Shown: positions 37,101 to 49,100 of the stretch, piece after piece | Position numbering within the stretch: position 1 is the stretch's first letter | Layout of the letters: each line of letters starts with the position of its first letter | Source: Phoronis australis | Lineage: Eukaryota > Animalia > Phoronida | Direction of reading: 5' to 3' | Assembly (NCBI GenBank): GCA_002633005.1 | Contig: NMRA01000170.1 | Coordinates: forward strand, 689,007-753,006 | DNA: 64,000 nt | The notes under the pieces: model-generated | Told to the model about the DNA's origin: nothing | Databases searched by the model: none | What the model saw: only the letters and a program-made list of their open reading frames with translations | Program-made: the position numbers and the translations under genes

Positions 37101-40100
37101 TCAGAGGTTGAATATCTGGCTCTTATTTCTGAACACTTTGTTCATGTACAGATACAAAATATTCAACCAATAGCGACATCTTATTCATGCCCAGAGATTG
37201 ATTAGCTGTCTCTTATTTCAACACTTTGTTCATGTACAGGCACTGAACATTCAGCAAATCTCAACATTTTCTTCTTGCGCAGGGTCTGAACATTCTCTTG
37301 AACACCTGTAACCTGGATATTTCATCACATTATACTCATTTTGCTGATCACGTGACGTGTGCTTCTCTGAAGAATGAAGATGCAGTTGCTGTTGTTAACA
37401 GAAGGTTTGTTGATATAATTTGGTCTATGTTGGCTGAGTGTGTACTTTGGACCTAATAACAGGTTTTGTTGAATGGTGTGTGTTGCCTGTATGTGTACTC
37501 TGGGTCTAATGACATTAAGTCACTATGGATTGTGCCTTGTTTAGATTTTGCAGGCCATGGAGTACATTACAATAGCAACTGCAATGTGAAGAGTTACATT
37601 CTTTTCAAGACTGTACAAAAGCTGATTTTTTCCCACAATGACGAACTGCATGGGAAACTTTAGAATACAAGTTCTTAATGAATTTAAACCGGTACTTTTT
37701 CCTTTGTGTGGGCAGACTCAGGAAAGAAGCCAGATAAGTCAAACAAGACAGAAAATGCACCCGTGATAAGTGCAGTTTTTGACACGTGTGCTTTTTGGAA
37801 GGACGGCAGATGTGGAAAGTCATGTTGACTTGAAAATTCTTTCAAGTTTTAATTTTTTGTGTATATATTTCTGTTGGAGGAGGGTATGGGGAACTTCGTG
37901 AAAATTTTCAAGGACAGGAAGTCATTGGCTTTTTTGTAGAAATTCAGCGAATGCACTGGACTTATAGTATCAAGTTGGTTTTAACATTTTTATCTTAAGA
38001 GCTTTTTTGTCTACTTGTGCACTTATTTTACATAAATGCATATAAACAGTATTTTTTATCTGTTGGCAATGTTAACCTTCATTTTAACATTCCATGTATA
38101 TCTCAGTGAATGTAAATTGTCATCTTTAATTTAACATAAGATTCCAAATCTCAATAGCAATGTTATCTGTCATCTTAACGTTTCTACTATACCGTAATAA
38201 CACTGTTAACTATTTTAACATTAGGTATGTCCTCAATAGCAATCATGTTTGCTGTAATCTTAACATTCCAAGTATATCTCAGTATTATTTAACTGTCATC
38301 TTTTAAGATGTATGTTAAAACATTCCGAGTATAACTCAGTAAAAATTTTAGCTGTTATCTTAACATTCTAATTATACCCTAGTAACATTGTTGTTTCATT
38401 GTTATTTAGGTGTTTATGCAGCTTAGCAAGAGAGATTGGCTTCACTGACCAGGCAACGGATATCTTCACATTACAAGACTCGCTAGGATTCTACCAGCAC
38501 GTGGTATGACTGGTACTTCAGCCTACACATTCAAATATCTTATGACAAAATAATTAGACTCATATTTGCAATGGAGTTTTGGTTCTGGTCTCTACCCAGA
38601 CACATTTTTAGTACGATTGAAGAACACTCCCACCTTTAACAATTATGCGAAAGTCTCGTTTTTTACAAACTGTGCAGAGGCACCTAAGCAAGGGTTAGCG
38701 AGGTTTGAAATGCCATGATTTGGCAAGCAATGACTTAAACAACCACAAAAAGCATGCATATTTTCCTAAGATTTTGTGCAGAACTTTGCAAAAGCTGCAT
38801 AATATATTTGTCTTTTGTGGAAAATTTGCAGTTTTCTTTGCAGAACTTCCACTTGGCAAAGACATATTTCTAAGTAAGAAAACACAAAATGGAGAGCAAT
38901 AGATAGGCAGAGTACAGAAAGTAATGCGATTAGCCGTGTCTGGAATATGATGTTCCAAAGTTAGCTACAATTTGGACATTTTTCTAGGGTCTTATATACA
39001 ATCGATAAACTGCAGTCAGTGGTTTTGTATACACTCTACATTATCATGATGTTACTTCAAAGTCATTGTCTAGTTATCTGTTGTTCCCTTGTATTAGTCC
39101 AGTGTATGTGAAGTGTCCAGTGCTGACTTTTGTCTTTCTCTTTACCCCCTTGTTCTAGAGTAACAGAAGTGCCCATCAGGTCACCATCTCCCCCATTCCC
39201 TTGCCTCTTGTTCTAGAATGACAGGAGTGCCCATCGGGTCACCATATTCGCATTCCCTTGCCCCCTTGTGACAGGAGTGCCCGTCAGTTCACCATCTCGC
39301 CATTCCGTTGCTGCCTTGTTCTAGAGTGACAGGAGTGCTCATTAGTCCACCATGTCCCCATACCCTTGCCCCTTGTTCTGGAGCTACAGTAGTGCCCAAA
39401 AGTTCACCAGATGTCTCCTACATCCACTTGTCACCATGTTCCAGAGTGCCACAATGGCTCATAATCACCTTCCTGTTCCTCTGCCCAGAATGACATTAGG
39501 AACCATCAGTTCACCGTGTTCCTGCTATATTGTTAGTTAGCTTCTGAATAGTTGAATGTAGTTGTGTTTTGTTCAGAACTAACCACATGGTTTGTTTTCA
39601 TGTAATCATTTCTTGCTGTTCCAGAGTGAGAAGAGTTCCCATCAGTTCACCTCCCACTCTTTCTCCAAACACAGAGTTCCCATGCCCAACATCATGTCTG
39701 TTCTGCAACAGGACACATCTGCAGGTATTTTGTGTAATGTTATTCATTGTGTTCCAATAAAGGGAGGAGATGTAGTGATTAGTATCGTCACCGGGTGTCA
39801 TAGTTGTTTACGTGATATCTGCACACGTTAGAGTATGTCTGTTCCATCCATGCAGTTTGTTAACTAACAAAATGACATAATTGGCTAAGAACTGTCATCT
39901 GGTTACATCAATTCGCATATCATTACAAAGACAGTAAAATTTACGAAAGAATCCGCTGGGGGCTTTCTTGGAAATCTCCGGTAGTAAGAGTCGAGTGAGG
40001 CCATACAGGTTTGGTCGCTGATCTAGTCCACCATGTCCCCTGATCCAGGTTTGGTCACTGACCCAGGTTTGGTCACAGATCCAGGTTTGGTCACTGACCC

Positions 40101-43100
40101 AGGTTTGGTTACTGAGCCATGTTTGGTCACTGATCCAGGTTTGGTCATTGAGCCAGGTTTGGTCACTGACCCAGGTTTGGGCAATGACCCAGGCTTGCGA
40201 ACTGACCCAGTTTTTCCCAGCCATGGTAGTGTTATCAGAATTATGAAAGGATGATCCACGAATAACAACTGATATTCAGTCTTCATATTTCTGTTTTCTT
40301 CTCCAGCCACAAAATCACTCACAGTCTGTACTATTGAGCAAGGTTCAAGCTGCAGCCAGTTATTAATTTATTTAGTGGTCTAATGTACGAGTTTCTTTTT
40401 GATGGTCTACATGCCTAGTGGCTTTAAAAGTCAAAATCAATGTCTTCTTCAAATTAAGACATTTGACATCTATTCCTCCTGAATAATACCAAATTCTCTT
40501 ACTTTCCAGGAACCTGTCACTTGTTTTCCCAAGGAACTGCTGACATATTGTTAGAATGTTGTTCTGATTTCTGGAATGGAAGTGAGATTTTGCCTCTGAC
40601 GCCGTCCGACAGGTAACTTCATGTAATAAATGTTGTACCCTAAAGACAACATTTCTAGTTATAGTTGAATGGTATCCCAATGCAGATGATAAAATCTTTA
40701 AAAAATTTCGGATAAAATTAATTGCCTAAATTGATGTTGATTTTGGGATGATTCTGAATACTGTTGCATCCGCTTGTGGCAATTTATGTTTTCTGTGCAA
40801 ATGTTTCTTTGTCTATCAAGTTTCTTGATGGGTGCTCACGAAATTTGGCAATAAGGCAGTAGTTTCTTTCTAGGAGACGACAGTACTTGTCTTGTTTTAG
40901 ATGGAGTTGACTTAGTGGCTTCTTTATTTTATATGTTACTTGTTGCTTCTAACCACCTCTAGAAGCAGACCCTTTGCGATGCAGTCATGAGTGCATTTCA
41001 ACGCTCTTCAGTCTTGTTAAAATTTTCAGGAAAAAGATTCTTGACTTCTACCACCGTACCAGTATGTCCTCTTACTGCACGGCGTATGCTTACCGTCCAG
41101 TGATGCAGACGATATGTGAAGGTGCGCCAGACGTCTACATAGAGTTACCTCCAACATTGGAGAGCTCACCTCTGCATCACAACAGAAGGTATTTTTGTGT
41201 CGTTCTATGGTCACATTAGTCATCAGTGCCAAGGATCTGTGAAAGAGCTTTCACCAAGATAAAGCCCCCATGGGGGATCTTTCGAAAACAAAGTTCAAAA
41301 AAGTTCAGTGAGGTCATCTTGCATGTTTGGTTGTTGTCAAAATCTTGCTACCAAGATGTTGCTATTTTCTCAATTTTTTATCTTTAAAAGGGCTGTTGAA
41401 GGGTTTCAAATTGATCACGTGTTTACAGACTTTTGTTGTAGAAACCGCACTAATATCGAAATGAAACTTTCTTGCAGCATACCTTAAAAATCCTCGACTG
41501 AATGAGAGTGCTAAGAGCAGCCATACGGTACAAGTTTTTGAAAAAGAAACTCCTGCAGGCTTCAACTTACACTTTTTGTAAAAAATTTAGATAATTATTT
41601 TGATATTTTCCTGTTATCAGGAATAAGACAAGCTGGGTGCTCGTGCCGACTTGCAGTTACCCCTTTGATGCGAGTATCATTGTCCAGCACTCGTGTCGAT
41701 GAGCAGTGCAAATTACTGTTACACCTTTGATGCGGATACCTATGCTGTATTCGGTAAACCACTTACTTGTTTTAACACTCAAAAAAGCTCTTAAAAGAGC
41801 TTTTTTGAGTGTTTTTGGTGTCTGTGAAAGCTGTGAAGGTAACTCGCGAGATTCAGTTTGTTTCTATGGAATATTAGCTCATTCTTTTTCAAGGAACAAT
41901 GAAAGCAAATTTGAAAGTGGTATGTTGTGATACAAAATGTGATGGCCAGCAAGTTTAGAAACAGAAATTGGCTCACTGTCTACTCATCTCGTGTGTTTCA
42001 GCTTCCCTTCTACAGTGTTCAATGGTGTCCATGACCACAAGATAATGGAGTCATTCCACAGTTTGGACTCGCTGTTGGACACAACCAGTGACCATCTTGT
42101 GGACCGTGTGGACAAATGTTATGAGATTCAGAAGAACCAGGTGTTCATAGGAATGGTCACCATGCAATATCAAACTAAACAGGTATCAGTAGTGGTAATC
42201 ATTGACCCAAAGATGAGGGGATTTAGTCATTTTAGGCGTGATTCTGTCTGTGTATCCATGTGTTTATGTCATTCCATCCGTGTGTCCATGGTTTGGTGTC
42301 ATTTCATTAATGTGTCCATTGGTAAGCGCCATTCGATCTGTGTATCTGTGGGTTGGCGTCACTATATACGTGTGTCTGTGGGTAGGCGTCATTCCATCCA
42401 TGTGTCTGTGGGTAGGCGTCATTCCATCCGTGAGTCTGGGTTGCCATCACTCCATGCGTGTCTGCAGGTAGGCGTCACTCCATCCGCGTGTCCTTGGGGA
42501 GACGTCATTCCATCCGTGTGTCTAGGTTGGCATCATTCCATCCATTTAATTTGTAAAAATTGCTGTGTGCGATATATCAAAGTTGCATTGCAATGTTTTC
42601 TTGTTAATTGGCCTTCCAACAAAACCAAGATGAATATACCCGATATAACTTGGTCTGGGAAGCCATTGTCCACTACCACAGCATGCACTTCAGTGTTCTA
42701 CTTTGCTTCAAAGAGTTTCCTAAAACCAAGTTTTTCAATGAAGAACAGCTAGAGTAGATAATGTCATATCCATCCTATTCAATGAAAGGCTGTCTGACTA
42801 CAAATTGTCTTATCCGTGTTTGGTGGGCTGGAGTCATAAACAATTCTCTCTGTTAAATTAATCAGCTGTAGGGCTTTGGTGTCACAGTTACGCTTGCGTC
42901 TCTAAAAATTGTTACGGGATAGTGTTTTCAACACTACAAAATAAATGTATAATCACCTTAAGTTGATACAAAACTGTAAATATAGCAAGTGATGCTGTGT
43001 GAGCATTGTTTCATCATGCTTATACAATGAATATAATATCATTGTAGGATATGATTCAGATGATAGATGGATTGGAGAAAGCCTGTATCAGATTTGTGCA

Positions 43101-46100
43101 TTTCTCAAATGAAAATGAACTTCGTAGCCGTGTAAGTATGTTGGCAAATTTGTTAATTGGTTTATGTTCGTAATTGATTAAAGATGCTTGTACTGTTTGT
43201 GGTGAAGCATCTTGCACAATTTCTAATTATCGTAATGTGTCAGATATTTGGTTCTATTCATTGCCATTGTTAAAAAGCTGGTTGAAGTAAGGGCCCTCGC
43301 TAACAGGTCCAGGGGTCTTGACTAGAGGGACTGTCACCCAGGATCAGTGTCTCCTGAACCCACTTTCTAACTGGGAGAGCCTATACATTCCTCCAACTCG
43401 GTGTCACTCGACTTATACACTGTACCAGTCCTTAGTCTGAGTAGCTATGTACTGCACCAATCCTGAGTCTGAGGCGCCCTGTACTGCACCAATCATGGGT
43501 CTCAAGAGCCCTGTACTCCACCAATCATGGGTCTCAAGAGCCCTGTACTGCACCAATCATGGGTCTCAAAAGCACTGTACTGCACCAATCCTGAGTCTGA
43601 GGAGCACTGCACTACACCAATCCGTAGGCTCAAGAGCCCTGCTCTGCACCAGTCCTGAGTCTGAGGAACTATCATTACACACTCCACTAATTAATCATTA
43701 GTCAGGAGCTATACACTGCACCAATGTACAGTCAAAGGAACTATACACTGGACTAATCCTTAGTCACAAGAGCTACACACAGCACTAACCTGAGGGCATA
43801 AGATCAATGCTCTAACCAAATATCAGAAGAGCTCTGCTTTGATTAGTCATTACTTATAAGAACTCTGATATGATTAATCATTAGCTCCACTCTGATCAAT
43901 AGATATTTAGACGACCTCTGCACCGTACCAATCATGACTCAAAAGCTCGCTGGAATTCCAACTAATTTTTTTCTTTTTCTCCAGGTTTTCTCTGAGAAGA
44001 TGGGTTTGGAAGCAGGCTGGAATTGTCACATTTCATTATCAAACGAGCATACTTCTGGTAGGAGTCGTCATGTATCAGACAGTGAGAAACACAGAAGTCG
44101 TATGTCAGTTCACACAATCACAGGTCAAGACATTGGTGCTTGTGAAATCCTATGGAACCACTCTGTTAAGCGTGTGGATAAACTCAGATCCAGGTGCCTC
44201 AGTGCGCCCACTGTTATTTGCCGTGTCAGCAAACCCAAACTAAGACATTCTGTAGAGACTCGAAAATTTCCGTGGAAACATTTGAATACATTGAGCATAC
44301 AGTCAGAAGAGTCACCGAGTAAGAAAGTGACATACCATCACGGGAAATCTTTAGAATTTATGGACCGCCCTGGGCGTAAGCCAGTCGATGAGGACCAGAG
44401 GGAGCCACTTGTTGGTGAGGATGCCGAGTCTATGGACAGTCTTTTAGAAGATACAAGTCTACTACATGCGTTAAAGACAGTGAGGCAGTCAGGAAGTCGG
44501 GAAACTACGAATACTGACAGTTTATCGGGCTTAGATACTCTTAATAGAGTAAGTGACTGAATTTCAGGGTTAGATACTCTTAATAGAGTAAGTGACTCAT
44601 TGCCAGGGTTACATGCTTTTAATGTATTTAGTGACCTACTTTCTAGATTAGATACTCTCAATAGAGTAAGTGAGCGACTGTCTGGGTTATGTACTCTCAA
44701 TATTGTTGGTGACTGATTGTCAGATTTAGACACTCTCAATTTATAGTAAGGGACTGACTGTCAGGTTTAGATACTCTCAATATATAGTAAGGGACCAACT
44801 GTCAGGTTTAGATACTCTTAATGTAGTAAGGGACTGACTGTCATTTTTAGATACTCTCATATAGTCAGGATTAGGTACTCTTAATAGTGTAAAGGACTAA
44901 ATGGGATCTGTTAATGTGTAAATCCAACCAAATTATTTCTTAAAAATATTGAGTGATACTAACCCAGATGTGGGTGCTTCTTCTCTGCTGCAGATGTCGA
45001 TAGCATTTGGGTGCACCCTCTTCTCTAGCAAATGTTTGGAAGACTTGTGTGCACCTTGTTCTCTGGCAGAATATTAGGGAATTTTGGGAGCACCCTCTTC
45101 AGCAGATGTTTGTTGGACTTGGTTGCGCCTCTTTCAGCAAAAATTCTACATATTGATCAGCGTTGGTTTGTTACTTTTTGTATCTGTATTGATATTCTTA
45201 CGAAATCCTGTTTTGTGAGCCAGTATCCTGCTGTTGATACAATTTACTGTAGACTGGCAATTCACAACCTCATTTTGATCTGATTGATAATTTTCTGACT
45301 TACTATATGCTCACTACATTACAGGCTAAGCTGCCCAAAGGTATAGAGAACATTCGTCCTCACTTGGATCTTGTTGATAACGTGCCTTTGTTGGTGTCGC
45401 TGTTCACCGACTGCACATCAGAGAGTAAGCATGTCAAACTACCTCTGGTTAATAGTTGATCACGTGTTGTGAAATAATTTGTCTTATGGTCACTGTAACT
45501 TTTATCGTTACTACCTTGCTTGTTATACATTCTCTGTATGGGTGTCCGCCAGCCCCTGTAGGATTGTAATCAAATGTGGCAGGGGAGGTTCCTATGAATC
45601 CAGCAAGAGATGATGGCAACTTTCTGACAGATCCGATTACTGAATATGTACCTCTAGTGTCGTTTTTTTTCAATTTATCTCTGTAGTATGACATATAAAT
45701 AGACTAAGTTCAACAGTTTTTATCAGCCATGTTTTGTTAATGTGTCTGCTGATTATCTCAAGAACTGCTTGACAGATTTTGATAAATTTTGAGTCAGAGG
45801 TATGTCGTGTCAATGGTCTGGAACCTGTTCATTTCCTGGTAGATACGACAGCCGTGGCACCAGCTGTTGGCCATTTTAGGTTTCACTGTGAAATTCTGTG
45901 TCGGCCAAGTTTTCAGTTGATAAAACAACTTGGAAATTTTTTGCCAAAATTTGATGCACAGTTATGTGGTGGCAATGTTCAACACAGATGGATTCATCTA
46001 CCCTGACACCACCTGTTCAGTTTTTTGCTCTCAACAAGAACTTTTTTGTAAAAAATGCAAATTGCACTTTTAAAGCAAGATGGTTCACTAATGACATCCT

Positions 46101-49100
46101 ATCAGTTATCTTACGAGCATTTCCCGTACTTGTTGGATAACACAGTTGGGATAACAGCAGTATTGAGATAAGGGCATTATTGGGATAACAGCACAAGAAC
46201 AATGTTGGATAACAGCCTTGTTGGGATAAGGACAATGTTCAGATAACAGCAATAATGGGATAACAGAAGTGTTGGGATAATGGCAATGTTAGGGATAAAG
46301 GCAATGTTGAAAGCCCTTATGGTCAATCATGTGCCATCACTGTGAGCAAACAGAGGCTTACAACTATTGCAGTGTAACCTTCATATGGTAAGAAGGCAGA
46401 TCTGTCGGCAGATTTGTGGGCAGACAATGAAGAAGGCAGATTTGGGGACAGACAACACAGAGGTGGATTTGACATTTGACGTGGTTGTGAAATTCTTTCA
46501 GGCAATAGATCTGCCTTCAGACTGGATGGGTTTTGACTGCTGTATAAATGAGCGGAAAGCGTAGAAAATGAAGTTTTTCTTGGTTAGTTTATGATGTACT
46601 GTTACTGGTAAAGTTTTTCAACATTCTTGGCAATTTTGTGGCTCCTCATAACATCCCAATAGGGGGCATAGGCAGATTTTTGGGAAGCAAGGGGTCCGGT
46701 CTCTACGGGTACAACATGCTTTTTAGGGCCTATTGGGAATTTTTTCATTGAAAATTGTGGTTGTCCCTCTCTCTTTCTTCATGACCTATGTCCACCTAGA
46801 TTTCTGAGTATTGACCCTAAGCAAAACTGGAACTGGTTTCATTCATTTGCAGCCACTCGGGAAATGATACGTATCATGCAAGAACATGGTGAGGTGGTCT
46901 GTTGCATCGGCAGTGACGCAAGCCTGCGTAATGTTGGTATTTTTGTACAGGCTGATGTCAGGTGAGACAATACTTAGTTAGCCATTCATAAATTGTTGGC
47001 TTTTTAATAAGTTCTTTGCTGTAAGTTTTGTTGATAATATGCATCATTTTTTTTTTGCTTTTTTGTTTTTTACCATCACATGAAGGAAATGCTGTCATTT
47101 TTTCAGTTCCTTTTGAAGGTATGCCAGATATAATGCTTCCTAGTGCTTTCTGGGCTTCGTCTCCAATTATTGCACATTATATTTTTGGTAATAAGGATTA
47201 AAAAAGTACAACCCAATTCAAAACTGTATGGAATTTGCGAGGTATTAAAGATGTATTTGCATACCCCTAACTATGCTAATGTATAGCGGGAAATAAATGG
47301 CAATGCTATTTGAACATCTGCGCTAAACAAAGTGTAGTTGTATTCACTGACAACTTGTAAAATGTGAAAACAAAAAATTCTGCAAATAGGTGACCTTTGC
47401 ACTAATGATGTACCTGGCTGGCTTACATAGCTCATCATACACTGTTATTCACCAGCACCATGTCATGATTTTTACTGGATACGGTTCAGTGGTTTAGGGA
47501 GGATCATTTTCGCCTCAAAACTCTTTCTTAAAAACATTTTGGCAATTTTCAATCTACTTCAAATTCACATCGTCACATTATGTTGTGTTTCTTACTAATT
47601 TGGCCATTGAAGCAGAGACAGAGATAAGGAATAAGTGTGCAATTTTCCACTTGAAGATCAGTCAGTAAGCACTCTATTGTTGGGTTATACTAAAAAATTG
47701 ATTATGGCTCAGGAGGCCTAAAGAGAGAAGACTTTGCTGTGCATGTTTTTTCAGATCTCTTTTATTCCGCCATAGTTAACCAATTTTTGTCACTGAAAGA
47801 CTGGAAGGGCTCAACTGTTAATGATGATTGCAGTGCTAAAAATGGTCTGAACTATGACAATTTAACTGTAGACAGTGCTGTTCCGTCATCCCCAAACAAA
47901 AGAGACCAGACATAAAAGTCCAGAAGCTGTCGTAATTAACCCTTAAGGTGCTTTCAAATAAATTAATGGTGATGATTGGTAAATGAGATATAGTGCGCCA
48001 TGGTAACTGAGGTAATCAGAACTCTTCAATATCTTCCAGCTTTGCCCTGACTCCACTCTTCCCTCACGTTTGTTCAAAACAGCCGGCCATGTTGACCCCA
48101 TGGGACGAGAATGACCCTTCTCCGATGGACGTCAACGCCATGTTGAATAGCATTGCATGTCCATTGAGATTCAAGATTTCAGATAATGTCAGCGTACTGG
48201 AACTCATCTGTGAGGTACATTTAAGACTACTTATAGAATATGTATTGGGTATTTTTTAACCAGAATATGGTGGTCTTGCTAGAACTAAAATGTCAATTCT
48301 CATGTCTTATATGCATTGTCAAAGTTCTGTTGTTTTGTATTGTTTGCATTAATTGCTTAAGATTATGGCAAACCTTATTTAGGGTCCTTTACTTTAAGCC
48401 AGTTACTAAAAACTGGATTACTCCAAACAAAAGTTGTTCGACAGAAACTGAGAAATAGTGATATACATGATGATCCTTGAAACTCCAAGGTTTTCATTCC
48501 ATGCCTTCTATAAAACAAGTACTGCTTAACACAACTTACTCATTCATTTACTTTGTTATTTAAGTCATCTTTTAACTGTAAATGTCAATTGAATATGTGT
48601 TTCATATACTTATCTAATTACCACCAAACGGTTGTATCGGAATCGTTCAGAGTCCTGGCTCAATATAGGTCAATGTTGCATTGTGATTCACTCCATATGA
48701 AACGTGCATGAGGCTGAATCTCACAAAACTGATTATGATGATCGAAAATAGAAATTGAATATCTGTGATTAAAGGACACTCTGAGTGAGAGATCGAAATG
48801 GCAAAACGTCAAATGACAGATTAGTGGAATCAATGTGTTTAGTTGAAGATTTATCTTTAATCACAGATGCCTCTGTCTGCCAAATGACCGTGAGCGTCAC
48901 GGTGTGGTGCATTGCTCATCAGTGCTATTTTTACGAAATGTTTGAGAATTGCTGCATGAGGACATAGCACTCAAAGTTAAATTTAAGTGGACTTATTTTG
49001 GCAATATTAAGAGCTCTATAGCTCACAATTTGCATTGCTTCGGCGTCAGTAACTCGTCACACTTATACATACAGGTGGGAGATTCGATTTAAGTTGGAGT

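Noticed and set aside
39895-40322. ORFs with VTDPGL / KPGSVT / SDQTW repeats
   Set aside because: Translation of an 18-bp minisatellite in an intron; no splice or start context.
41991-42752. Longest ORF (253 aa) as a standalone gene
   Set aside because: Only 42002-42182 is a TMEM94 exon; the rest is read-through into a 30-bp minisatellite.
44338-44739. Antisense ORF with SLTLLRVSNPE repeats resembling an LRR
   Set aside because: Reverse translation of the 39-bp donor-echo array and of exon 18.
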